Made by a program: the position numbers and the translations under genes. Under the pieces are notes generated by a model. That model did no database searches, was not told where the DNA came from, and saw nothing but the letters and a program-made list of their open reading frames with translations. From positions 1-37,863 of IMG/VR virus record IMGVR_UViG_3300009117_000046: 37,863 bases of DNA; one strand, given 5' to 3'. This document shows, one piece after another, positions 8,892-18,118 of the stretch. Position 1 is the first letter of the stretch, and every line of letters begins with the position of its first letter. The stretch is from a virus (lineage: Duplodnaviria; Caudoviricetes).

Positions 8892-10139
8892 ATGCGAGAA
8901 CAAAAAATAAATTTCAGTGCTAAGCAGAAAGAGGTTTGGAAGCACACGGTGGGGGAGCGTCACCGCTGGAATGTTTCCTGCGGGGCGACGCGCTCCGGCA
9001 AGACTTACCTCGATTATTATAAGATTCCCAAACGTATCAGGTCCGCCGGCGACGATGGGCTTGTTTTATTGCTCGGAAACACCAAGGGCACGCTGGAGCG
9101 CAATATCCTCGACCCGCTGCGGGGAATCTGGGGGGATAACTTCGTCGGGCATATCGGTAGCAACAACAAGCTGCGGCTTTTTGGGCGGGAATGTTATGCT
9201 CTGGGCGCGGACAAGATCAACCAGGTGAGCAAGTTGCAAGGGGCGGGGCTTTCCTATTGTTACGGCGATGAGGTCACGACCTGGAACGCCGACGTTTTTC
9301 AAATGCTTAAAAGCCGCCTCGATAAAAAAGATTCCTGTTTCGACGGGACTTGCAACCCCGCCGCACCGAACCATTGGTTCAAAGAATTTCTGGACAGCAA
9401 CGCCGATATCTATCAGATGCACTTTACCATTGACGACAATCCCTTTCTGGCTCCGGCCTTTGTGGACAACCTCAAAAAGGAGTATACCGGGACTATTTTT
9501 TATGACCGTTTCATCCTCGGCAAGTGGGTAGCGGCTCAGGGCATCATCTACCGCCTTTTCGCCGACGCGCCGGAGGCTTTCATTATCGACGAGCCGCTTG
9601 ACGGGCTGATGCTGGCGAGCGTCGGCGTGGATTTTGGGGGCAATCAGTCGGCGCATGCTTTCGTCTGTAACGGCATTACATCGCGGCTGCGGGAGGTGGT
9701 TACACTCGAAGAATATTACCAAAAAGAGATCATCTCCTCAACAGAATTGGAAAATGACTTTGTAGACTTTATCAAAAAATGCCAGGGCAAATACCGGGTA
9801 GTGGAGGTATATTGCGATAGTGCGGAGCAGGTGCTTATCCAGGGATTGAAGAATGCCGCATGGCGCGCGGGCTTGCGTATCGACATCAAAAACGCAATCA
9901 AGGGGGAGATCACCGGGCGCATCCGCTTTTTAAATTCGCTGATGGGGCAGGGGCGCTACAAGATCATGCGCCATTGTAAACACACTATTGCCGCACTGCA
10001 AAACGCGGTTTGGGATAGCAGGAGCGTCGAGGACCGCCGCTTGGACGACGGCTCCGGCAATGTAGACAGTTTGGACGCGCTGGAATATGCCAGCGAAAAA
10101 TATATCAAAGATATCATGCAAAGCATCAATTGGGGGTGA
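8892..10139 (+). CDS. terL: Terminase large subunit, PBSX family
   Basis: Walker A GATRSGKT, Walker B YCYGDEV, TCNP..PNHWFK, HFTIDDNPFL, YDRFILGKW, nuclease GVDFGG and DSLDALEY. Confidence 0.96.
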   Translation: MREQKINFSAKQKEVWKHTVGERHRWNVSCGATRSGKTYLDYYKIPKRIRSAGDDGLVLLLGNTKGTLERNILDPLRGIWGDNFVGHIGSNNKLRLFGRECYALGADKINQVSKLQGAGLSYCYGDEVTTWNADVFQMLKSRLDKKDSCFDGTCNPAAPNHWFKEFLDSNADIYQMHFTIDDNPFLAPAFVDNLKKEYTGTIFYDRFILGKWVAAQGIIYRLFADAPEAFIIDEPLDGLMLASVGVDFGGNQSAHAFVCNGITSRLREVVTLEEYYQKEIISSTELENDFVDFIKKCQGKYRVVEVYCDSAEQVLIQGLKNAAWRAGLRIDIKNAIKGEITGRIRFLNSLMGQGRYKIMRHCKHTIAALQNAVWDSRSVEDRRLDDGSGNVDSLDALEYASEKYIKDIMQSINWG

Positions 10140-10143
10140 AGAT

Positions 10144-11517
10144 TTGAATAATATCAGAGGGGTTTTAGAGGGTCTGGGTTACAGCCTGCCTCCTGCCAGG
10201 ACATACAATCAAATACAGCTGTGGAAGGACTGGTACCAGGGGCATCGGGGAAGTTTTCACGATTATATGCAGTACAATGGGCGCAAACGCCTCAAGCGCA
10301 GCCGCAAGAGTTTGCGCATGGCCAAGAAGGTTTGTGAGGACCATGCCAATCTTTTAATGAACGAAAAGGTGCGGATAACGATCAGCGAGCCGCGGGTGCA
10401 GGACTATCTTGACGCTATACTTGCGGCCAACGATTTCCGGGTGCAGGCCAACAAGCTGGTGGAGCTGGCCTATGCTTTAGGAATAGGCGCTTTTGTGGAG
10501 CATCCCGACGGGCGGGGGGGCGTGCTTATCGACTATGTGCGCGCCGACATGATCTATCCGCTGGCCTGGGAAGGTGCGAAAATCAGCGAATGCGCTTTCG
10601 GCAGCATCCGCGTTTTTGGACGCGAGGAGATGATCTATCTCAATATCCACAAGCTGGAGGGCGGCAACTATGTCATTTATAATAAGCTGGTGCCGGTGGT
10701 CGGAGAACCGCGGGAAGTAGAGCCGGACGAGAGCGGGCTTTTGCCGGGGGCGGTGACGCCGGTCATCTACACCGATTCGCCGATTCCGCGCTTCCAGTTC
10801 ATCGGGCCGAACATGGTCAATAATGTCGACCTGGACAGCCCGCTTTCCATCTCGGTTTTTGCCAATTCCATCGACCTTTTGGAAGGTATCGACCTGATCT
10901 ATGACAGTTACTGCGGTGAATTCCGTCTGGGCAAGAAACGGATCATTGTGCCTGTGGGCATGCTGCAGCTGGTGCAGGACGCGACGGGGACAATCGCTCC
11001 GGCTTTTGACGATAACGATACCGAGTTCTACGGGATGAACAATGACAACCTTACCGAGCTGCGGGAGATTAATATGGAGCTGCGGACCGAGGCGCATGAG
11101 CAGGGCTTGCAGCGTTTTCTCAACCTGCTTTCCGACAAGTGCGGGTTGGGCAGCGACCGTTACAACTTCCAGCGCGGGCAGCCCAGAACGGCCACTGAGG
11201 TTATCAGCGAAAAATCCGATCTTTTCCAAAACCTGAAAAAGAATGAGCTGGTGCTGGAGGCGGCTTTGTGCAATCTTTGCCGGGCTATTGCTTCCATCGG
11301 GGGACTGGGCGGTGATTTTTCCGTTTCCGTCAACTTCGATGACAGTATTATTGAGGACGCAGGGTCGAAAAGGACGAGGATACAGGCTCTGGTTTCGCAG
11401 GGGAAATACCCTATGGGCCGTTACCTGCGGGAATATGAGGGTTACAGCGAGGCCGAGGTCAAGGAGATCATGGGGGAAGTGGAAAGTGAAAAATCGGGCA
11501 AAAAGATCGAATTATAA
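10144..11517 (+). CDS. Portal protein (A118/SPP1 gp6-like)
   Basis: KSLRMAKKVCEDHANLLMNEK, SPLSISVFANSID, EFRLGKKRIIV, TATEVISEKSDL, VNFDDSII. TTG start at 10144 after ggggtg. Confidence 0.93.
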   Translation: MNNIRGVLEGLGYSLPPARTYNQIQLWKDWYQGHRGSFHDYMQYNGRKRLKRSRKSLRMAKKVCEDHANLLMNEKVRITISEPRVQDYLDAILAANDFRVQANKLVELAYALGIGAFVEHPDGRGGVLIDYVRADMIYPLAWEGAKISECAFGSIRVFGREEMIYLNIHKLEGGNYVIYNKLVPVVGEPREVEPDESGLLPGAVTPVIYTDSPIPRFQFIGPNMVNNVDLDSPLSISVFANSIDLLEGIDLIYDSYCGEFRLGKKRIIVPVGMLQLVQDATGTIAPAFDDNDTEFYGMNNDNLTELREINMELRTEAHEQGLQRFLNLLSDKCGLGSDRYNFQRGQPRTATEVISEKSDLFQNLKKNELVLEAALCNLCRAIASIGGLGGDFSVSVNFDDSIIEDAGSKRTRIQALVSQGKYPMGRYLREYEGYSEAEVKEIMGEVESEKSGKKIEL

Positions 11518-11790
11518 GGAATCAGGCAGTAGCTAAAAATGAAGCGGATGCCTCTGGCGGCGGGTGGAATAGATGCAACGGAAATGCCAAAGGTCGCTTA
11601 CTGGCAGGCGCGGCGGGATGAGCAGGCGGAATGGCTGGATAAAGAGATAAATATAGATGATATCAGGATAAGAAAGTTTGTTTCGTCTGACGGATAAAGG
11701 GAAGCAGTATTCTATGATGAAAAGTTGCTGTTATTGGATGATAAGCAGCCGAATTATGAGAAATTCAAGGATAACGTAATTATTGACACT
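11518..11790 (+). pseudogene. Remnant of the minor capsid (Phage_min_cap2/MuF-like)-toxin gene at its canonical position after the portal
   Basis: In frame: GIRQ*LKMKRMPLAAGGIDATEMPKVAYWQARRDEQAEWLDKE, joined to DDIRIRKFVSSDG*REAVFYDEKLLLLDDKQPNYEKFKDNVIID. The latter is homologous to 7815-7945. Confidence 0.75.
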
Positions 11791-11817
11791 AGCTCTCTTC
11801 CATGCTTTTTAGTGGCG

Positions 11818-11869
11818 AGAATATAAAATTATAGCACCCGCTGAAACGGGTGCTATAATTTTATATTCT
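11818..11869. terminator. Perfect 23-bp-arm inverted repeat (bidirectional terminator-like)
   Basis: agaatataaaattatagcacccg-ctgaaa-cgggtgctataattttatattct. Confidence 0.75.
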
Positions 11870-12302
11870 TGATAGACGACAGGGCTGTTCATTAAATTGC
11901 CCATTTTAATAATTCTTTCTAATATTTATTAACCTTGCACTTTAGGATTAATGATAATATTTATGATTTTTTGATTTTTTAACCAACATCGTAATAGATA
12001 AAATAATAATTGATAGCGCAATTACAAAAAATAAAACCGTGGTAAGCATTTCTATCAACACCTTTTGTTCTTATAGAAATAATTATATGATAGTTTTGGA
12101 AATTTTTCCATGATATATAATATAGAAATCTGTATATTAGTGGGAGATTATGTATAAAAAGGGCGGACAGGGGAATGATTCTTTCGGCAATGATCAAAAC
12201 CCCTGATAAGCTGGCTGGCATTAGACAGCTCTTCAATTTTGATTTTCATAAAAAGTTTTGGGAATACTTATTTTTAAGCAATTAAAATAAGGAGGATATC
12301 AA

Positions 12303-12458
12303 ATGGCTAAAGCGGGGATGAGACGTCCTGATCCTGAGGACACACATGGAGAAATCAATCAGAAAAATCATTTTCCCAAAAACGAGGCGCCGCCTGTGCC
12401 GGAGATTCAGGGAAAGGCAAAACACAAAGAAAATGCCAAGCCCTTCAGGCATGAATAA
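12303..12458 (+). CDS. Small (51 aa) hydrophilic protein, not in the ORF track
   Basis: RBS aaggagga, then MAKAGMRRPDPEDTHGEINQKNHFPKNEAPPVPEIQGKAKHKENAKPFRHE*, followed by a terminator. Confidence 0.8.
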   Translation: MAKAGMRRPDPEDTHGEINQKNHFPKNEAPPVPEIQGKAKHKENAKPFRHE

Positions 12459-12498
12459 AAGAACCGCCTGAATCAGGCGGTTCTTTTATTCATGCCTG
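12446..12498. terminator. Perfect 26-bp-arm palindrome, bidirectional terminator between convergent morons
   Basis: caggcatgaataaaagaaccgcctga-a-tcaggcggttcttttattcatgcctg. Confidence 0.85.
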
Positions 12499-12539
12499 CC
12501 CTCTAGTATTTGTGGAAGGGGAATGTAAGCTATTTTTGT

Positions 12540-13349
12540 TTACTCGACGCTCATATATGCCATATCGAGGGTTGGTACTTTGATATTGCTGTCTGGGGCG
12601 CTTTCATCAGTTTTTATGCCATTGTAGATTCCCCAAATCCGGACCTCCTGATTTAGCAGATCCGGCGTTTCTTCATCATCCGTTGAGGCATAACCATAAA
12701 TGGCGGTATCATTGTCATCATTCATGGCAATTTGGTAAATATTGTAATAGATATCTTCGGTGATTTTGATGATCTTCCCCGAGAATTCTATTAAATATCC
12801 CTGATAATCATCGGGGGAACCTATTAAATTTTCATAGGCGATATACTGGCATTGATCCTTAAATGTTTCTTCGTCGGGCACGTTGCCGGTAAATTTCCCT
12901 TCATATATAACTTTGCCTTTGTTATTATATAATTTCCCCAAGCCATCAAATTTGCCGTCTTTACATTCGCCTTCATAGTACAGTACGCCGCCTTCTATGT
13001 AACACTTGGCATAACCGTTTAACAAATCATTGACATATGTTCCTTCTGTTTTTTGACCATCACTCCATGTTGTAGTACCTTGGCCGTTAAAATGACCGTC
13101 TTGCCATTGCCCATCATAGACCCAGGAAACGCCTGCTTCGTTTTTTGTTTCAAACTTACCTGCTCCTTCAGGCAGGCCATCCACAAGGGCGCCGGTATAG
13201 GTACCGGTCCTCGTGCCCAAAGTAAGTTCCAAGGTCATTTCTTTTTCGGTGACCGTTTGTTCACAAGCGGCGCATATTGATAATACTAAAATAAGAAATA
13301 TAGAAATAAATATTATTTGCTGTTTCTTCATTAATGATGACCTCCCCAT
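12540..13349 (-). CDS. MORN-repeat lipoprotein with C-terminal OB-fold-like domain, moron
   Basis: Signal peptide/lipobox (ILVLSICAAC). Repeated YTGALVDGLPEGAG / YDGQWQDGHFNGQG / YEGECKDGKFDGLG units. Antisense. True start may be the downstream ATG of MKKQQ. Confidence 0.82.
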   Translation of the reverse strand: MGRSSLMKKQQIIFISIFLILVLSICAACEQTVTEKEMTLELTLGTRTGTYTGALVDGLPEGAGKFETKNEAGVSWVYDGQWQDGHFNGQGTTTWSDGQKTEGTYVNDLLNGYAKCYIEGGVLYYEGECKDGKFDGLGKLYNNKGKVIYEGKFTGNVPDEETFKDQCQYIAYENLIGSPDDYQGYLIEFSGKIIKITEDIYYNIYQIAMNDDNDTAIYGYASTDDEETPDLLNQEVRIWGIYNGIKTDESAPDSNIKVPTLDMAYMSVE

Positions 13350-13450
13350 AAAAATTATTTTATCTTAAGCAGGGAACTGTTTTACAATTCTATCGCTTAT
13401 AATTATACGACAAAATATTAATTATTCCTACATTCTATAATTATTTAAAG

Positions 13451-13478
13451 GAAAGCGGCCCAAAGGCTGTTTTTTTTA
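13451..13478 (+). terminator. Intrinsic terminator upstream of the scaffold gene
   Basis: gaaagcggcc-caaa-ggctgttt followed by a T-run. Confidence 0.6.
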
Positions 13479-13537
13479 TGCCTTACGGTAAGGCAATAAA
13501 TTACCGGAATAAGTCGACGGACATTAAACGGAGGTAA

Positions 13538-14083
13538 ATGATGAAAGAAGAATTAAAAGACGGCCTTATGCCGGAAGATGTTAAAGACGTTTCGGATGGA
13601 GCGGCGGGTAACGGCGTCCATAGTAATGAGCCGGAAAAGAGTTTCACGCAGGCGGATCTGGACGCTATTGTCAAAGAGCGTTTGGCGAGAGCGTCTAAAG
13701 GCTTGCCTGCTAAGGATGAGCTGGCGGCTTTCAGAAAATGGCAGGAAGAGCAGAAGGCCGACGCCAGTAAGGGTGACGACAAGCTCAGGAAGCTGGCGGA
13801 ATACGAGCAAAAGTTGCAGTCCTATGAGCAGCGGGAAAAGGTGCGGGCGGCCAATGTGGAAGGGCGTTTCATCGATTTTGTGATCTTTGAAGCCAACAGG
13901 CGGATGAACAAGAACACCGATTTTGAGGCGGCGCTTAAAAATTACTTGGCGGAGAATCCCAATTTTATGGCTGGGAACCAGTTTTCCTTAGGCGCCGGCG
14001 GCTACCGGCAGGGGGGAAGCGGGCAGCAGCTGAGCGGTGTGGAGGCGGAATTTTTGAAGAGGAATCCTGATTTGAAGATTTGA
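13538..14083 (+). CDS. Capsid scaffolding protein
   Basis: KSFTQADLDAIVKERLAR, coiled coil, C-terminal SGVEAEFLKRNPDLKI. Upstream of the MCP. Confidence 0.88.
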   Translation: MMKEELKDGLMPEDVKDVSDGAAGNGVHSNEPEKSFTQADLDAIVKERLARASKGLPAKDELAAFRKWQEEQKADASKGDDKLRKLAEYEQKLQSYEQREKVRAANVEGRFIDFVIFEANRRMNKNTDFEAALKNYLAENPNFMAGNQFSLGAGGYRQGGSGQQLSGVEAEFLKRNPDLKI

Positions 14084-14343
14084 TTGGGGTTGGGGAGTTT
14101 GGATGGATTGCTTTCCTAAGTGAAGCTTGGGGTAAAGACCCTGGGCCGGGGGCCTCTTTGCTGTCAACCCCTTCCCCTTGCTTATATGAGGCCGGGGATA
14201 TGGCATCCCCGGAACCGCGTTCCTTACCGTTTTGCGTAGTCAAAAAGTGCAAAGTGGGGGGGAGGGGAAATACTCCGCCTCTTCGAGGCCGGAGGCAACC
14301 CACTAGTTAAAAAGGAAAATATTAATTTAAGGAGTGATTTTTT

Positions 14344-15465
14344 ATGGCACATGCATTACAAGACAGATATTCTGATCTGGTCCTGGCCAAGCTGAGAAAA
14401 GAGCTGGTCCTAAAGGACGGTATCGTTTTCAACAATGATTATGAGGGTTCTCCCAAGGGGGGGGCGGTAAAGATACCTACCCGAGACACGGAAGTGACCG
14501 CCGGTAATTATGACAAAGCCCTGGGACTTACCCCCGGTACCGGCGTGACGACATATACCACGCTGACCATCAACAAAGACAAAGGGGTCAATGAGATCAT
14601 CGATGGTTATGATGCTCAGGCCGTTCCTGACGGCATCGTTGCCGAACGCCTGGACAGCGCGGCTTATGCTCTTCAATCCGCAATCGATACGGATGGGGCG
14701 ACAATTCTCAAAGATGAAGGCACCATGCTTGGTTTTGGCGCGCTGGATAAAGAGAATATCTATGCCGCTATCGTCGACGTGCGCACCGCCATGTCTAAGG
14801 CCAATGTGCCTAATGACGGCAGACGTTACCTTCTGGTGACACCAGATTGTTACGCCCTGATGCTCAAAGACACCACCAATTTTATCCGCCAGGGCGACCT
14901 CGCGCAGCAGTTGGTGGAGAACGGGGCTATCGGCAAATACGCCGGTTTTGTGCTTTATGAATGGAACGACAGCACTGACAATTTGCTTTTCATCGCTGGT
15001 CATCCCAAATATGCCACCCGCGCTAATGAATTCAGCGTGCCGGTGAGCATCGTTGATCTTTCCGGCGATAAGGATATGATCGGCGCATCCGCGGTCAAAG
15101 GCCGCATGGTCTATGCGCATAAAGTTCTGCGTCCTGCTGCTGTCCGTGTGGGGTATGCCGCCGATGCGCTCACAGTTACCTGCGCCGCAGGCTCTACTTC
15201 CGGCAAAACCATTGCCACAGTCAGCGGCAACGGCGCTTTGGAGCTAAAATACCGTGTCGCTCCCGAAACCCTCGCGGTTTACGGCGATTCCACTGCCAGT
15301 GGTTTTAGCGAACTGACTTCCGGCACCACGGAGATCATCGCTGCCGAAGGCGTGACCATCGAAGTCGTAGCTGTTTCCGCAACTAACGAGCTGGTGGTTG
15401 GCGTGGGTTATGGCGTCAGCGTACCTTTGGCTGTTGCTGAGGAAGAGGAAGGCGAAGTATCCTGA
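14344..15465 (+). CDS. Major capsid protein (P22-coat/HK97 fold) with C-terminal Ig-like decoration extension
   Basis: QDRYSDLVLAKLRKELV, FNNDYEG, AVKIP, RYLLVTPD, IGASAVKGRMVYAHKVLRP. About 95-aa beta-rich tail (LTVTCAAGSTSGKT..). Confidence 0.93.
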   Translation: MAHALQDRYSDLVLAKLRKELVLKDGIVFNNDYEGSPKGGAVKIPTRDTEVTAGNYDKALGLTPGTGVTTYTTLTINKDKGVNEIIDGYDAQAVPDGIVAERLDSAAYALQSAIDTDGATILKDEGTMLGFGALDKENIYAAIVDVRTAMSKANVPNDGRRYLLVTPDCYALMLKDTTNFIRQGDLAQQLVENGAIGKYAGFVLYEWNDSTDNLLFIAGHPKYATRANEFSVPVSIVDLSGDKDMIGASAVKGRMVYAHKVLRPAAVRVGYAADALTVTCAAGSTSGKTIATVSGNGALELKYRVAPETLAVYGDSTASGFSELTSGTTEIIAAEGVTIEVVAVSATNELVVGVGYGVSVPLAVAEEEEGEVS

Positions 15466-15515
15466 TTAACGGGGGAGGCTGGTCTTCCCCGATTCTTTTA
15501 ACAGGGGGTGAGCCT

Positions 15516-15902
15516 ATGGTTTATGAAGTTTATATTGACCGTGTCTATTACGCTGAAACATACCAGGGCATAGATATTAATCGGGATATTTTTGACCGTC
15601 TGGCTTTGCGGGCTTCGGATGAGTTGGACAAGATAACCTTCCAAAGTGTGCGGCGGTCTGGCCTCAGCTCCTTTGACGAGGATACTCAATCTGCTGTCAG
15701 GCTCGCGACCTGCGCTATTGCCGAGGCTTTGGCGCAGGTAGAGGCGGCTACGGACGGCACGGGGCTGATGTCGGCAAGAGAGAGCGTGGGATCTTACAGT
15801 TATTCGGCAGACGGGAGGAGCTTGGACAAGCTGTTGGCTGAAGCTAGGAGCAAGGCTATAGCTTATCTGTTTTTCACCGGACTGCTTTACAGCGGGGTAT
15901 GA
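15516..15902 (+). CDS. Head-tail connector/adaptor protein
   Basis: FDRLALRASDELDKITF, VRLATCAIAE, ESVGSYSYS, YLFFTGLLYSGV. Follows the MCP. Confidence 0.85.
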   Translation: MVYEVYIDRVYYAETYQGIDINRDIFDRLALRASDELDKITFQSVRRSGLSSFDEDTQSAVRLATCAIAEALAQVEAATDGTGLMSARESVGSYSYSADGRSLDKLLAEARSKAIAYLFFTGLLYSGV

Positions 15903-15905
15903 GCG

Positions 15906-16352
15906 ATGAAAAAGATCAGCAGACGCGCCCGCCCGCACAGCATTACGCTTTACAACTACCTTTCCACCACTGACGGTGTGGCGGCTTACCAGCGCACGCT
16001 TATTGAGCGGGTTTATCTGGACCTCTCCTATGCCCAGCGGCTTTCGCAGCGGGGAATCGCTACTGCCGACAGTTGCCGCCTGATCCTCGACCTGCGGGAT
16101 ATAAACGCAAGTTGCGGGAGGACTTTCCTAGATCAAAAGATATGGAGGCAGCTGAGTGCGGATGAGAAGAATTATCATTTCACTTTTGCCACGGGGAATG
16201 ACTTTTTCGTGGCGGGGGAGGCGGAGGAGAATTTACCTTCCGCGATCAAGGCTCAAATTGTGGCAAAGCACCAATGCTTTGGTATCAGCGCTGTGGCGGT
16301 GCTGGAGGTCATCGGCGGTGAGGCGGTCATCGTGGAAGTTACCGGAAAATGA
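15906..16352 (+). CDS. Head closure/minor capsid protein (DUF6751-like)
   Basis: PHSITLYN..YQRTLIERVY..FTFATGNDFFVAG. Synteny. Confidence 0.65.
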   Translation: MKKISRRARPHSITLYNYLSTTDGVAAYQRTLIERVYLDLSYAQRLSQRGIATADSCRLILDLRDINASCGRTFLDQKIWRQLSADEKNYHFTFATGNDFFVAGEAEENLPSAIKAQIVAKHQCFGISAVAVLEVIGGEAVIVEVTGK

Positions 16353-16448
16353 GTCTTATGGTGATGGTTGGGCTTAGGAGAGAGCAGCTTCGAGGCTTTT
16401 TAATCTCATCCCTATCTTGTGGAAAGATGAAAAAAAGGGGGCAGGCAT

Positions 16449-16784
16449 TTGAAGATCACAATGAATTTCGATAGCACAAAAATAAAGAAACGGTTGGAGG
16501 CATCAGGCGCGGCGGCGCAGGTCTGGCTGGACAAGACCGTGCTCAAAGATTGCGAGCCTTATGTCCCGACCGATAGCGGCGAATTGATCCGTTCGGCCCG
16601 CGCGGCAAGCAAGCCCGGTAGCGGCGAGATCATTTATAATACGCCCTATGCCAGCGCTCTCTATTACGGTTATCAAGGCAAATCCAAGACCCGCCCTTTG
16701 GCGACCAGGCTTTGGTTCGAGGCGGCCAAGGAAGTGCATGGGGGCAGATGGATAAAGGGGGTTAAGAAAATTGGCGGAAAATAA
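16449..16784 (+). CDS. Minor capsid/neck protein
   Basis: VLKDCEPYVPTDSGELIRS, IIYNTPYA..YYG, RLWFEAAK. Confidence 0.8.
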   Translation: MKITMNFDSTKIKKRLEASGAAAQVWLDKTVLKDCEPYVPTDSGELIRSARAASKPGSGEIIYNTPYASALYYGYQGKSKTRPLATRLWFEAAKEVHGGRWIKGVKKIGGK

Positions 16785-17226
16785 TATACGGGCTTTGGAT
16801 GCGACCGACACTACGCAGGTCATTGCTGTCCTGCAAGATTGGATCAATTCTTTGGGCATCTTAGACGGGCATTTGTGGTTGGAATACGTAGAGGATGCTG
16901 ACGGTCTGGGTTACTGTATCAAGGCGGACGGCGGCTTAATTACCGAGGAAGATATTTGCGGTGATTTTACCGCCGAATTGCCTTTTATCATTTATTACAC
17001 TACCAATATCGTGCCGGACGGGGCGGGGGCCGTTTACAAACCGCTGAACGACCTCTCCGCCTGGTTCAAGGCTAACGGACCTGCCGGTCTGGAGATTGGG
17101 GAACGGCGCAGCTCGCGGCAGCTTTTGACGCTGGCTGCGCCCAAGGACTTGGAGGGTAAAGACGAATTGGGCAATACCACATTTTTTGCGGTTTATCAAA
17201 TTATTTATGATGAGGAGGCTTTATAA
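16771..17226 (+). CDS. Tail terminator/completion protein
   Basis: Position directly before the tail tube, size and coupled stop/start. Confidence 0.6.
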   Translation: MAENNIRALDATDTTQVIAVLQDWINSLGILDGHLWLEYVEDADGLGYCIKADGGLITEEDICGDFTAELPFIIYYTTNIVPDGAGAVYKPLNDLSAWFKANGPAGLEIGERRSSRQLLTLAAPKDLEGKDELGNTTFFAVYQIIYDEEAL

Positions 17227-17708
17227 TGGGCAAGAAAGCAAGTTCACTGATGGCGTACTTTATTAATACGGGGACTACATCTGTTCCGGTGTGGTCGAAA
17301 TTGGGCAAGGGAGTGACCTCCCTGCCTCTGGAATACGGAGCCCAGGTTACGACCGAGACCTATATCGACGATGAAAACGCGGTCACTTCCGTTGACAGTT
17401 ACCAGGTCAGCGCGGGTATCGACATTTCTTTATTCGACGATACCACCGCCCCTGCACACGCTTACCTGGAAGATTTGCGCAAGAACAGGGCAACCGGGGC
17501 TGATGCTGAAACTGAGATTCTGGAGGTCGATTTGAGTACGAGCAGTCCTTATACTGCGCAAAAGAATAGCGCAGTCGTGGCTCTTGGTACTTTTACCGTT
17601 GAGGGTGGTAAGCCGCAGATCCTGAGCGTTACCATTTACTACAATGGCGCTCCTGTTGATGGTACCGTGGCTATCGCTAGTGGAGTGCCTACGTTCTCGA
17701 CTACTTAA
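17226..17708 (+). CDS. Tail tube (major tail) protein
   Basis: YFINTGT..PVWSKLGKGVTSL..TETYIDDEN..VDSY, GG..LSVTIYYNG.PVDGT, PTF. Confidence 0.85.
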   Translation: MGKKASSLMAYFINTGTTSVPVWSKLGKGVTSLPLEYGAQVTTETYIDDENAVTSVDSYQVSAGIDISLFDDTTAPAHAYLEDLRKNRATGADAETEILEVDLSTSSPYTAQKNSAVVALGTFTVEGGKPQILSVTIYYNGAPVDGTVAIASGVPTFSTT

Positions 17709-18118
17709 GGTTTTTGGGGTGAGCAGGGGATGGGGGTAAGGGGGACTAAAGTCATCCTTACCCTCGCTCATATGTGCCGAGGTAATATGCTGTTTGCAGG
17801 ATCGCCTTCATTACTGTCTTGCGTGGCAGAGAGTGCGAGGCGCGGGGCAAATCCCTGTATTCTAAAACAAAAAACATGTAAAACATGTCACGACAAGCAT
17901 TTGCAAGGTTTTATCTTTATAAAACTGCTGCTATAACCATATATTGGGCTTCTTGATGTGTTTTCGCACTACTTCTGGTAGGTTTGCTTAAGGTGAAAAG
18001 GCTATTGGGAGCTCCGGATCTTCTGTGCTTTTTAATCTAAAAAAAATAATTTTGTGTGGAGGCGGAATCTGCGGTGGCGCAGGCTCCGCCTCTGTATATA
18101 AATCAGTTTAGGAGGGAT

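Noticed and set aside
14080-14310. Short ORFs in GC-rich intergenic inserts (also 5037-5273 and 17730-17936)
   Set aside because: They coincide with repeat/hairpin inserts and have non-protein-like composition.
17855-17940. Possible IS-end remnant between tail tube and chaperone
   Set aside because: AT-rich sequence reminiscent of an IS terminus, but no transposase fragment, partner inverted repeat or target duplication could be identified.
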